A stretch of 64,000 nt of DNA from Phoronis australis (lineage: Eukaryota; Animalia; Phoronida), in assembly GCA_002633005.1 (NCBI GenBank), contig NMRA01000441.1:310001-374000 (forward strand). The letters run 5' to 3'. A program made the translations under genes and the position numbers. Shown one piece after another: positions 48,916 to 62,388 of this stretch. Numbering within the stretch: position 1 is the stretch's first letter; each line of letters begins with the position of its first letter. Below the pieces are notes generated by a model, which did not search any database, was not told the DNA's origin, and was given only the letters and a program-made list of their open reading frames with translations.

Positions 48916-49797
48916 GTGGTATAAATATAGATTATTACATGGCGCAGTCGTTATCCCCCGTTATCTAGAGCCCGAGTGGATTTTGGAGAATTATCGCCCG
49001 AGGGGCGTTAGCCCCGAGGGTGATAATTCTCCAAAATCCACGAGGGCTCTAGATAAGGGGGATAACGGCTGAGAACATGTACTAATCTATTTATACCACA
49101 TACTAAACGAGAAACGTTGCAATGAATCGATTTACCTTTTCTGACTCTCCACGGCTTTGTAACTACTTTCTATGTCAGAGGCCCGGGGTCGGAGGTCGTG
49201 ACCTTTTAAGAAAAGCCCGGTTATTTTTGTAAAATATTGCTTTTACTCAAAACCAATTGAAAACTTAAATATTATAGAAATAAATTGAAGTTATAAATTA
49301 AGGTTTACCAACTATTATAGCTTAAAACACGTTTTTTTCACGCTAAGCTTCGACCGGGAAATTATCGTCTGCTAAAGTAGGTTACCACAGGTAGCTGAAT
49401 ATAATTCTCAAGTCAAAGATCCTGACGACACGATACCAGCATTCAAATTGTAGATCGGTGATTTCCAAGTAAGAGGACATGAGAGAAAAATTTCACTGAA
49501 TTAAGATATCATTTTTATGGAAATTATGTGTCTTATTTTTCGTAACGTATAAGTACAGTACAATGCGGTTTGTTGAACGTGCGATTATTGCGCGTGCTCA
49601 TTTAAGTATTTTATTTTCACCCTTGATGACGTCAGTCGCTGCGTGGTGTAGTGGTAAAGTCGGCAACCAGCAATATTAGGGACCCGGGTTCGACCCCGTC
49701 CTCGGTTTCCCGCCAAAACGTTATCTCACTAGTGAGATAACTTTATGGGTTATTACACGGTTATATCTGCCATTTGACGCTAATATTGTGGTATAAA
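48916..49797 (+). mobile_element. Non-autonomous hairpin element with terminal direct repeat (Crypton-like, inferred)
   Basis: GTGGTATAAA at both ends (48916-48925, 49788-49797), ~182-bp imperfect palindrome 48917-49098, tRNA-like A/B boxes 49644-49695, perfect 22-bp palindrome 49720-49741; second copy begins at ~63822. Confidence 0.62.
49635..49707 (+). pseudogene. tRNA-like sequence (pol III A and B boxes) inside a repeat
   Basis: TGGTGTAGTGG A box and GGTTCGACC B box; acceptor and anticodon stems pair poorly. Confidence 0.5.
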
Positions 49798-50771
49798 AAG
49801 GTACATTACTTATATTTATGATTTATTTGACTTGGGCGGACTTTTAATGCCTTACGCATCATTTTGTAATAGATATGGTTTCTCTCCAACATTTACGATT
49901 TTATTTTTATGGAGTTATGTGTGTACTTTTTCATTTTAACAATGATTCCAGTGATATGAAGTTTCTGTAGGCCTTTCAAATTTCCCAGCAATATCGGTAA
50001 GTATTGTGAATAATTTATATATAACTTCCAATTCATTGAAGGCATTTCCAAAAAGCAAAAAAAGTGAGAATCACAAATTAATATTCTTGATTCATCTGAA
50101 AGGTGGAGGAAAGTTTATTGTTTAGTTACAGATTATTGGAAATTAAAGAGGTTATGTGTTTTCTTCGTTGAAATGTGACCTCGATCATCGGAGTATAGGC
50201 CTTTCAGACTATTGCCCGTTAGAATTTCATTTCGGACTCATGCGGATCTCTTGATCAACGGCCCTTTGCATGGGCACCACAGGGGCTGTGGATCTATAGT
50301 CGTCCACTTATTTCAGTGCTGCCACGCCCATGCTTTGGACTAACGGGGCAACCCAAATTAATCACTTAACTCAACTCAACCGAAAGCGATTAGTACAGTA
50401 ATAGATGCCGTCTGAACTGGGCCAAACCACTGTCGGTGATGACCTGCGACCATCCGTGCACGGAAGAAATGTGACACCATTGGCGCACGCTGGCACAAGG
50501 ATCCAGCTGATTGTAACAAGATGTTACATTATACTACATAGGCGGATTTAGGGTGGGGAACAGGGGGCCCGCCCCCCCCCCTTGGCCACCGCAAAAAATA
50601 AAACAGCAAGAGCGTAGGGAACTCTTAAGTTTATTAATTATCCCCGGTAATTAACATTATACAGCTGGAACAAGATTTAAATATGTGCAGTTTTATTGTG
50701 TTTGGGGGGAGGGCTCAGATCCAATTTCAAGTGTCAAATTTGGAACACGGCGCAATCGTAACGGAGCTATG

Positions 50772-50934
50772 CAGGGGCGGATCCAGGATTTTGAGTCAGG
50801 GGGAGCCATGGCAGAGTATTAGCCAGGATTTTGCCCGTCAGACATTCGCAACCCCCCACCCCATCTGACCAATTTAAACTGGGAAAATTTTAGGGGGACC
50901 ATGGCCCCTTGGCCCCCTTCTAAATCCGCCACTG
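50772..50934. mobile_element. hAT5-like MITE
   Basis: CAGGGGCGGAT...ATCCGCCACTG with 5-bp TSD CTATG. Confidence 0.7.
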
Positions 50935-53900
50935 CTATGGCGAAGTATAGACGCTCCCGCGATATCCCAGACGACCGGCAGTGGCGCTGCGCACTACGAC
51001 TCCGTTTCCGTCGTCTGCTTCACTGTGCAATGAAGAAAATTTTACTTCATTTTTTAAAGAAAATGGAATCTGAGTGACGATAAAAAACAGAAGCTGCTGT
51101 TAAGATGTGAATTTTAATGGAAGCCTTAGAGAATCACTGACAGAAACTCATAATTCTCTCTTTGTCAAACCTTAACCTGACGATTTCCAAAGCAATCGCG
51201 TCATTAAAGCCAACACAAAAAACGGATTTGGTCTTTTGGGCAATTGAAGAATATTTTAAATACAACAAATTTGTTACGAACTGATTGCATAAAATATAAA
51301 AAGTGTATTACGCATTACAAAAAGAAGTAGGTTTCGCGCGCAAACGCTGTGGACCATAAACAAGTAGGTCTCTTAAAAGCAGCGAACGAGGGAAATCAGT
51401 GGTGATGCAGTGGTAAAGTACACGCGCGTTCTTCGCCAGGTCGAGAGTTCGAGTCTGTGGTTATTGCAGTTTTTGAAGTTTGACACGTTCTCCGTTTTTT
51501 TTCTTTGCCTTTTTCTTGGGTAATACTTCAGAAATCAAGGAAAATGCTTGATAGAGCAAAAAAACAGAAAAATTTTCCTGGCGGGAGGGGGGCAAACCCC
51601 ACTCCCGACCTCCCCCCATTCGGCGCTATGCGCATCTACAATCGTGCTTTGCGCAAATGTTTACAGACAAAATGTTGGCCCCCCTTGTGATATCCTACAC
51701 CCGCCACTGTACTACAGTTGATTTATGATTGAGCAAAATTATACACTGTGTAGTATATCTGTTGTATTTTGTATGGTGAAACATACACCCTCCACATGCT
51801 CCTTTGGAATGATACCACCTAAATTGATTTTCAGCGTGAGAAGTCGAACAGTGAAAGGGTAGGAAAACTAATCGAGTGTCTGACAAGAAGTGGAACAGAT
51901 TCATTCGAAAAGTTACTCCAGGCCTGTGAAGACACAGATCACCAGCACGTAGCCAAGGCGTTACGAGAAGCAGAATCGAAGTCGCTAAAAGGTTTGCTCT
52001 TATGCACAAGCCCTTTGCTAAGCTGTGTTTAGTTACACAGTCCATCTGGGGCAGCTAGGTGTATAACTAAGAGCAGGGTTCACAATGGGGCTATTCGGAA
52101 AACTTACAATAACTAGAGGGCGCGCGTGTACTAGTGGTGATAGATTAAGCAGCCTCGATTTCGCGAGCCCTTTAAATATATGGTGAAATGGCTTGCAGCC
52201 GTGCCAACTGAATCTGAGATTGCGTAAAAAGGGTGCTTCTGTGAGAGGAAGTAAGCACGATCTTATACAAAGGTAAGGTTTGTGATTATTTTATCGATAT
52301 TTCATGTTTATTCTACTGATGCCTGTTAACTGAGATACTCGCCGATGTCGACTTCGCGGCAGTCGCCAGTCGGGTTAATTTTTGTTTGTTGTGATGCGTA
52401 TTAAGATACTTGACGTTAAAATCGGGATCTTTTCGTACATCAAAGCATTAATATTGTTTGGAATGATTTCTAACAGGTTTATCAGTGACAGTTACATCAA
52501 TCTAAGCTGAATGTTTATGCTGTCAACTCGATATTGGTTAGTGAGTTAAGATTACAATCCAAGCCCTATGGCAAAGGGTACGTGACAAATATGCATTGCA
52601 TTAGTCTAGACTATTTGTTTACTCCCTATCATATGTCTTCCGGAAATCTATTACACGTTGAAATAGGAAATCTAAATGTCTGTTTTCACGTAACCTTTGG
52701 TTTTTATGTTTGAGGGCTGCACCGTACCTGAATTGACAAAAAATTGGTTTCTGCAGCTCAGCAAGATCTTAATTCCCATCCAGTGCAGATCTGATGTCAA
52801 AGCCTACTTTCTGTATTGGAGACAACGAACAAAGCCTTTGAAAAGGAACAACTATTTTTAAAGAAAGGTATGCAAGTCGTTTTGTTAAATTTACTTATTC
52901 AGGTCCTTAACGAGGGATTGGCATAGAGGGTTGGGGTTGTAAAATTTGGTGAAACTGAATGTGTGGAAGTAACAGGTAATACATGCCTGGGGGAAAGAGC
53001 ATGGTAAGGTAATTCTTAACCGTCTTGAAGTTTATTTCATGAAACTGTTTTGCTATCAATTGTAAACCCATAAAAATATATTACATTTTCTGAATTCTCA
53101 GTGATTGAATAGTCTTAACTCGTGCCTTGAAATGCTGCAAGCCGTTTACAAATTCAAATTACTGCCATTTTTTGAAAATTGCATTTTTGATGATGCCTTA
53201 CGATTTGTAATTACTGTTAAACAACAGAAAGATTATCGATCATTTTTAAATGACCCAAGTCTTCATACCTTCTATTAGAAGAAAAACAAAAAGTTCCCTC
53301 AAGGGAACCGTTAAGCCTTAGACTAGAAGTATGCTTGACAGACCCATGAATCTGTAATCTGAGTTTAAAATTGCTGAAAGTATCAAAAGTAAAAAGGCTT
53401 GAAAATAAGTAAAAAAGGTTTGAAGGTGTCGCAAAAAAATTGTATGTTTTGCAGACAAGTGATGCGTTTAAAGAATTGTTATGGCTACGAACGAAAAATA
53501 AAGATGCAGTTTTATGCAATACTTATTATAAACACCCTTGGTTTCTAAAAATAGTAATTATTTAATTTTATGTGAAATTGCAGAGCGTTCACCATTTCCT
53601 ATTTTTGAAAAACAGGGGTAGCATTTTTGACCCAACCTAGAGTACTTAATTATTCATATTTCAATATTCGTTCCAGGTTCAGTGATATTTTAAGGCCACT
53701 TCAAGCCGCAACATAGACAAGCTTTGTTACTCCGTTCTCTTCCCACAGCACTTCCACACACCAGCAGTGCTGCATGGGACAATGTGCAAGTCAGTGGCCC
53801 TGGAGAAATGTGAATGGCAGTACTAAGTTACCATAAGACAATGTGTCAGTGGATTGTTTGTGTGTGAAGAGGAAATATATCCGACTGTTACACAAGTCAG

Positions 53901-55592
53901 CCTCGTTGGTGAGGATGCCCTTTCATTGGCAATGAGTCATGTGTGGACAATAGCCTTATTTCCTTTCCTGGAAGAAACATGAGGGACTGAAGCTAAAGAA
54001 GACCTAGTGACAGTCTGGTCTAGTTCAGGGTCCGATTTTGGGCACAAAACGATTCAAGTGATATGCTGTTGTGTTTACCTTCAAGGGTCTAATTGTGGAT
54101 GTTATTGAGGCTGTATGAGGTTACGTGAATGAAAGCCACATGACGAAAATGGACCTTTTTACAACCGCTTCTATAGGCCATTGAAACTAGATCCCAGTGA
54201 AATGAAAACCAAAAGCATCTGGAATAAATATCTGTCTTTTTTCACTGAGTGATATTAACTTTTCCTTTCAGAAGAAAGACTGTATACTAATGGTAAAAAC
54301 TTTTCAATTTTGTACACATTATGGGTAAATGACATTCAGTGACAGCATCGTCTTATTGTCAGTAGAAAGCCTGTTAATGTTACACTTTGATGATCAAATA
54401 AATTTTTAATCACCAGGAAAGTTTGTCACTAATTATTGAAACCACAATATTTCTTCAGTTTTAAAGCCCCATACAGTGCACTTGTGCTTATTCTTGATTA
54501 AGCTGAAATGATTACCGAATACGCTTGCGAATTGTCACTTTCCTGTTGACCTATAGAAATGTCCAGCGATAAAAATGAAGTATTCCCTTTGTTTGCATTT
54601 GATTTGTTTGTGTGTGTAATTATTTTTAGAGCTTTTTCAAGAAGGCCTTTGAACAATTTTATGGTTTGTGTTAACTTGTCTATGAACAAAAGTTCCACAT
54701 GCAGTAATACTATGTTTTCAATTGTAGCTAGCTGCTATGCACAAGATTCCAGAATAAACAATTATCAGTGTATTTAAAAACAAAATGGCTAACTGAACAA
54801 GCACATACGTACATACATGAAAAGAAACAACATTGCGATTGAGTCCATAATCAGGCATATCAAGTGGTGAATTCCTGAATTAGCTTCATTTCTCTCAGGT
54901 TATTGCTGAAGGATTGCTTTTCACGTTGTCCAAAAGTAAAAAAGATGGTCAGGCGGTTGGTTTCAGTTGTTTTCTCTCACCTGTAACAGAATAGTGGGAG
55001 AAATATTAGCAAATCATAAAAGAAACGACAAGACAAGCTACTTTTGTAAGGCAGAACATACTTCACGTTTCATCTTCATGTTTATATGTAGATACTAATA
55101 ATCTTTGTACCCAAGTCTTATTTAATATCTGAATTAAAATATGTGAAACAGGCTAAAAGTGATTTAACAAGGTGTATTTTTCATGACACTTAAAATGTGC
55201 TTCTGATCTCAACAAGCAAAATTCATTCTATGTGTAAATTTTTATTCCAGTGCAATGTTACAATATTTACTGAATTAAGGCTTATTCATGTTAATTCGGT
55301 AACTAATCTGGTAGTCCTGGGGTTGGTTTCCGCTATAAAATAAGGAAACTCACTCATCTAGAGAATGTTTTGGACACAGCATAGTTTTGAAGAGAAACTG
55401 CTGTGAAAAAGTCACCCTTGACTTCTGAGCGTCATTACCATACACCTCTTATATTGGACGCACTCCTACCCAGGGCAATATGAATATGTGCTGCAAGCCT
55501 ACCCGGTATCCGAGTCCCGGTAAGTTTCCAAAAAGAAACACTTAGCTCCACTCATAAACCCATTATTCAGTGGGGTAACTGGTGGGGATAAC

Positions 55593-55820
55593 CAGTGGCG
55601 GATTTAGGGGGGGGGCAAGGGGGACATGCCCCCCCCCTAAAAATTCTCCCAGGTACCATGAACAAACCCCTTTTACCGTTTTTTTAGTAATAAGGTCTAC
55701 AAACCCCAAGATTCGAGACCCCTGCATCCCTACATTTTAGGCTGGGCGTGCGCACGTGGCGATATTCCGGTTATTCCTGTACCCTGCCCCCCCTAACTCA
55801 AAATCCTGGATCCGCCCCTG
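55593..55820. mobile_element. hAT5-like MITE (same family, opposite orientation)
   Basis: CAGTGGCGGAT...ATCCGCCCCTG with 5-bp TSD ATAAC. Confidence 0.7.
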
Positions 55821-57769
55821 ATAACATCACCGAAGGATGTCGATAGAAACTGATTGCTAAAAACTTACCAAGTAAATGGAAATACATAGAGTACACAAGG
55901 GGCTTCAGCATCCACACACTTTTTGTCAGTTGGTTGACCCTTTTGACCGCAATTGTCCCCGAATATAGTAACCTTAGGTCTTTTGGGAATTTGTGGCCAC
56001 TTGTCGCAGACTTGCACCACGGAAAATAGCGGTAATAAGGCTTAGCGCGACGATGTATTTTGATAAAAAATTCCATCTTTTACCAGTTTTTTTACATGCA
56101 GACAGCGACGCATGCGCAATTCAATCACCACTAGTACAGCAGCGACACCGCGAGGAGAATTCTCGAGAACTGCTTTCACATCTAGATCTTGCATGTCAAT
56201 TTCAAAAGGTTCGATTGTGTGTGAATAATGCTCATAATTTACGTTTGTCAGCAAAATTCTAAGTTACTTTTAGGACTAGTTACTCCACTACATGTAAGAC
56301 AAAAAGTAATCCACTCACCTTATGGCGAGAGCCAGAGAGTAGGGATTGATCTTCAATCACGAGAAATGCATCGTCAAAGTGCCTGAAGTGAGCTTCTTGG
56401 TATATGATTTACTTTGCCAATGAAGTCAAATTTCATCCTCGAAAGACCCAGCTTGTGTGACGGAACTACAACAGTTTCTAGGAATGATACAGTATTTGTC
56501 TTTCTTTATTCCGATTCTATCCCATCACTGACAGAACTTTTGAGTTAACTTACGAAAGAACACACACAATGGTTGTGGACGCACACTTACGAAAAGACTC
56601 TGTAGACAATAAAAAACGAGATATGCCGAGATGTCTACGTTACTTTCAATGAAAACAAATATCCAAGTAGACACAAGCCTTCAGGGTTGAGGTACAGCAT
56701 TGGCTACACAAGAAGGTGAGTATGTGATTAACTTAACACATTACCAGAAATATTGAAACCGTAAACTGCGCATGCGCGAAAATCACTCAATTAGCCCCCT
56801 TCAGGATACATGGGATTCGCAGAACAACACAGCGTGAGGGTCTTATTTATGAATCAATCACATTTGCCGATAGCACATAACATAGATAAATATTTTGTTA
56901 AAAATTAACGTGGCCAAGTTTCAGCAAAATTGTAAAAAAATTATGTTTAACATGGTATGGCCAAAGTTTTGGCTTATTTTGTCTCTTCGATCAGTGGAAT
57001 CGCCGTTAAAAACCCGAAAGTGCATGTGAGAAAACGATAATTTTCGACCAAGCCTTTCATGTGCGGTTAGTTGCCGATAGACCCAACAGATGTCAGTATA
57101 ATCAAGATTGAAATGTAGGAGTTTGAAGAAAATTAGACAAAATTTTGTATTTAACATGGGGTGGCCGAAAATTGCCAATTTTGGCCTTTTGATATCATCA
57201 TAGACTATCATTAGTGGGTCTAATTAAGTTTTTGGTTAAATCACTGATAATATTCACACCAGTACTAATAAACGTTTTCTCTATATATAACAGTTTTATT
57301 CCAATTTCTAAGTAGTGCGTACAACAGGAATTGGCCCTTTACCGGCCCGGTCCATAGTATGGGAGCTAAAATTCAGCTCTAAAAGTAGCTTTATGTGCGC
57401 GGAAAACTCACCCGATCCACTTCAGAGAAAAAAAACCTCGTAGTACCTAACAATAATTTGTTTCCGAGTACTTCGGACATGGTTTAAAATTGAAAGGGGT
57501 CATTACAAGTTGAATTTATGAGAATTGTATTGTTGCATTGCGAACTGAAAACTAGGATTGAGGTCATTTGTGCGAGATAAGGCAACGAGTAAGGACAGCT
57601 TTGATTTGCTTACGAGTGGTGACTCATGACATTGGCCAGACATCTGTAATAATATGATTTGTCTTTCCTTTTCAAAGGGAATATATTTTAACTTTGGTAA
57701 TTTTGGGCTACAAAATGTAGAACAACCTTCCTGGTGCTTCTCTCCAGTACACGCAGAGAGTGAAGCGCT

Positions 57770-58500
57770 AACTCAGTGGTCCATACGCGATGGTCTAGTT
57801 TACGCAGAGAACCTGGCGGATGACCTAGTTAACGAATTGCTGGTATGAGACTATTGCTGGTAATGATCGCCGGGCTCCTTACCTAAACGGAAGAGAGATG
57901 TGCAAAGATTGAACGAGAGATTTTAGCGGTAGTATTTGGAGTTGAAAACGACACTATGACCAATCCACGAAAGAACGCCTTGATTTACACGTGGGAAAGA
58001 CTGTTGGAATACAGAATCCACAGAACCTACAATGATCACCAGTGAAGGTTGTGAAAGACAGCCAAGATCTTACATTGCGGAAACTCAATGAGGAACAAGC
58101 TGCTCTTGAAAGACGTGACGAGCCCGCAGGATGTACCCATCTCGGCTGAGACGTGCCGTCAGGACATGCTAACTTCTCAAATACCTTCGTCCAAAGATGG
58201 CGTCATCGCATCCGAAGGGATTACAATGAGTGACAGACTTCGGTGCCTCAGTGGTGCCTGACAGAGCTCGATGATGCCCACCTGCGTGACATGAAGACTA
58301 TATATACATGTTCAAAAACGGTATTTTAATACCGTTAAAACGGTATAAGGAATGATATTTTTCTGCGTAGTTTTCTTGCTTTCATTGATCTAGTTTCATG
58401 TTCCTTTTGGGTGCCATGTAATTGTTGTAGCAGTGTGAACCATGTATGTATAACGGTTGTTCATTCACGTTATCGCATGCTTGGTGGGGAGATGTATTGA
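57770..58500 (+). mobile_element. Decayed Gypsy LTR retrotransposon relic
   Basis: RNase H remnant TEERCAKIEREILAVVFGVE, integrase-tail remnant PRSYIAET, polypurine tract GGTGGGGAGA followed by TGT (possible LTR start at 58493). Confidence 0.6.
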
Positions 58501-61500
58501 TAGCTTCTTGTAAGTTGGGATATGTATCCAATTTCCTGTTGTGGGTGTCAAGCGAGATTTTACTCTTTGGCTTGGTCAATACCCGTGTTCTCGCTTGATG
58601 TCTGCGTTCATTCGAATTCATCGAGAAGTTTGAATTATTCCGACAAATGTTTTATGTCTACTCTCTTGTTTTTTATTTGCGCGCCAGATACACACAGTAT
58701 TGATACACCCAACCGCATGTTCATCACTTACAAATATACGCGTATGTTTGGATTTGACTTTTGGTCCCTAAACTGATATTTACCGTATGTACACCTCGGG
58801 ATTGTCAGCAGGAAGCCCCGGCCTGTTCCGGTACACGCTTCAAAGATATCAAGTTATTACGTAACATTGATTTCAGGCAGTGATAAGCTCTGGGTGATAT
58901 GTGCCTGAGCATTTACAATTTGAAGTGCGATACTTGTACCTAATGAACAAAGGTGTTTTAATGGGCAAAATCCACCCAAGTTTGCCACAGACATGACCGT
59001 GCACCTTTGCTTAAAGATCAGGAATTTTGCCTAAGGAATGAGAGTACAACACTGATAAAAATGGCAACTATGAGGTGGCGCAAATTAAATCAAACCCATC
59101 CGAAAAAATGAAAAAACCTCGTCGTCTCCCTAATAGAAACCTGCTTGCCAAATTTCATGAAAATTCGTCCAGCAACTCCGAAGAAATGGAAGCCAATGGG
59201 AAAAAATTACGATGACAAGACACAGCCGAAGGCACTTCTGGCGTTCAAAAGAATTAAGTTGCCATCTGTTGCCACATTCATAGGAACACATTTGTCACAT
59301 TTCACAAAGGTCCTGTCAGGGGAATTATGATATACAGCTTTTACAGCTGCGGTTGCAAAAAAAGAAAGTTGCCCATTGGAGGCGCCACAGCAGTTGGACC
59401 CGTGTCCGAAAATCAACGTCAATCGTGCTGGCTGTGGTCAGTAGGAAAATATCTGCCAATTTTCTTAATGATCTATTTAGCTGTTTGAGTATAAAGAGGC
59501 TGAAGCAAATAAGTCTAAAACGGCTGGAAATATAAATGTGTTGTTGTCTCATTAATGGAAACTCATTTGTCAAATTTCACGAAAACTGGGAAAACAAGGA
59601 ACTCTGAAGATAAGGTAAACGTAAAAAATTATTATTAATAAGGAGCTCAACCGGAAGTGGTCGTCATCATCCGTTGTGACATTCATTGAAAAACACTGTC
59701 AACTGTCATAAACATCATGCAAAGGGTTAAGGAGATACTCCACATCTCTCACAATCAGACTATAATGAAAAGAAATTGGCGCAAAACTCTTGCCTCCCAA
59801 AACGTCACTTCCGGAGTAGAGGACGAGAAATTAATCAAATTACGAAAAGCTGTAATTAAGTGAAAAATGTGTCTGGGATAATAAGCGAACCTTATTTTTG
59901 CTAAAAGTGACATGAAAAAAGACTGCTTTCGCCTTTAAAACTGTATGAATGATAAATGCTCCACAAAACTGAATTTGTGATAAAAAGTTAACGCAAAGTT
60001 GGCTTTTAGAGGAAACTTTCGGAATCCGAATATACGCACCTACCAGCCCACAGATGGTGTATCGATTAGTGGGAATAGTTGAATTAGTCGAAATGCTTGT
60101 TCTGTGTCTCCCACGTGTGAGCCTGGTGAGCCTGCAGATGACGTCAAGTACGTTATCTACCTGTCCGCAGGTGGCGCAGCGATTAGTGGGAATAGTTAAA
60201 TTGGTTGTAATGCCTGTTCTGTGTCTGAAGATGTGAGCCTGTTGCTGATGTCGTGTTTGTTATCAGCCTGGCCCTGAAATAGTTGAATTACGGTAGTTAA
60301 GATGCGTGTTTGGATTCCCTGAAATTGTGAGCCTGTTGATGACTTCATGTACGTTATCTACCTGCCCACATGTGGTGAAGCGATTAGTGGGATTAGTACA
60401 ATTAATATATCTGGACACTTGACACTAGAAGTTGTAACACCAAATAAATACCCAAAAGGCCATGGGCGTTTCATTGGGTGGGCTTATCTATGGAAAATCA
60501 TGGTAATAAGAATAATGTCCACTAGACGGCTCATAATACTTCGAATCCGGACGGCACTGTAGTCTCTTTAATAGAAACCTATTTGATAAATTTCGTGAAA
60601 ATCCATCCTGGATAAACACAAAGATAAAAGGCTAAAACTGTCACTACAGGGTGCAGCGATAGTCGCATCGGTCAGAATTTGTTAGCATTTGTCGTCAGGT
60701 CCAAACTGAAGGAATCCACATGCTAAATCTCATTAAAATCCTGCAGTTGGTTTAGGAGATACAGCAGAGGACAACGGCCGCCTGGACAGAGATGACGGCA
60801 GTATGCGCCTAAGCATGTGTGGGCACATAAAAATAAAGTTGAATCGTTACCGTAGTAGGACCTGTTTAAAATTTACTCTAGGGATCCACCTTTTTGGTAC
60901 TGGCATACTTGAAGATAGATTGACACTTTTATGGTCACGTAAGCACAAAGAACAATATGTTTTGTAGTTGTAAAAACGAACTTAAAGATTTCTAAGGTTG
61001 GTGTTAATAAGTTCAGGTGAATTATAGGTGCACTAAGTCGGACAAGCTACACAGAGTTAATGTCGAGCCCTGTTTAATTCACAGCATTTGACCTGCGTTT
61101 CCAACTTATGTTTTCAGGTGTTCCTTATCGCCAGACCAGGCAAGTAGACGGCCTCATTAAGCAAACTCTTGGGGATGGAATAATGAGGAGGGTTTCTGGG
61201 GAACAAATGTCACAATTGACTGCTTCGCTAGTTCTTAAGACGGATCTTGAAAGAGAAAGGGAACAACACAGGTAGGCCCATTTATAACGTGAAGTTCCTA
61301 AAACTGTAATATTTTCTTCTTTATGTACATGTACAACCACGATAACAGATATTTTAACAATTTTTGGCTTGTTTTTTTAGCAACAGGTATACTAAAGGCT
61401 TTCAAATCTCTTAAGATGTATTAATAAAACTCTTTCTGTGACACACTGGATCATGGTAGGAACTCTTCAAACAAATGGTGTAAATTGTATAGACGTTTCA

Positions 61501-62388
61501 GTGTTGACTTGCGCGTATAGACTGGTTATGAGAAGTAATCCGAGAAGGAAACACCGTACGAGGGCATAGAAAAGTTTTTGCCGGCATGGAATAATGCGAG
61601 AGAACAGGGTTGGTTCGTGTGCGAGCCAATAAACATGTCCGCTAGACATGAAAGTGGTCCGGGAATGAGGAATATGTGTACGCGAGAGGGGAGTAGCGTC
61701 CGTAAAAGAACTTTGTGCACGCAAGAGCAGGAACGTCTGAGTGCTTTAACAGTTGAGGAAAGCAGACTTGTCAATAAATATTATGTGCACGTGCGTTCTA
61801 ACTATAGTGCCATACCCATAGACATCTTACACTTCTTAATCTATGGTCATATCAGCTCATCAGCAATGTGCTTGTTGTCTGACCATAGACTATAACGAGT
61901 ATCTATGGTCTGACGAGGAAGAAGTCTTTAATAGATTTCAGTGGACATTGTCAAAATGAAAATCATTTATAATTGTCGCTCCGCAGTTTGTAATCCCCGA
62001 CTGTTCCGATCGAGACAAGGGACTGTTCCAAATGGAGAGGGCGGTAACCCAATGCATTTCGAATATCCTAGAGAAAAGTTCAAAATCAACAACGGTGGCG
62101 CCTTTGCTCAAAGTTTGCAGTTGATTATTTCGAAAACCTTAGCAAGAACAGCGAAACATGAGAGAATTTTGTAGACACTTTGTAAATATTACGTAACTTA
62201 CTTATTTTTACCTCAATTTGGTGAATTTGTCAAGGACTCACGATTTCTTTTGATCAAAAGTCACACTGTCCTTTTATCTCCGAGTCTGAGCACGATGTAC
62301 AGTCAACGAATCAGTCCTTCTGTTCTTCCTCTGCGGCTTGCCATATCATACATCAGATGGCTTCAACTATTCCTACATTGAAAGTGAA

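Larger units (their letters stand above)
45855..50170 (+). mobile_element. Fragmented L1/Tx1-clade LINE relic interrupted by two insertions
   Basis: Endonuclease remnants (SVINIYCGN, LDFCLISEEL, RGRG) and RT C-terminal remnants (RITVIKVLLL, FIWRGK..GIKRTKMIQ, KLFWFHRL, GWYK|KG..IYDLFD, YASFCNRYGFSPTF); boundaries approximate. Confidence 0.68.

Noticed and set aside
51398-51462. tRNA-like A/B boxes (GCAGTGGTAAA...GTTCGAGTC)
   Set aside because: No proper cloverleaf; probably a SINE or repeat remnant rather than a tRNA gene
59100-60835. AAATTTCATGAAAAT-type motifs and ~120-bp degenerate repeats suggesting further HINE fragments (similar material at ~25520-25900)
   Set aside because: Termini and hairpins could not be delimited reliably
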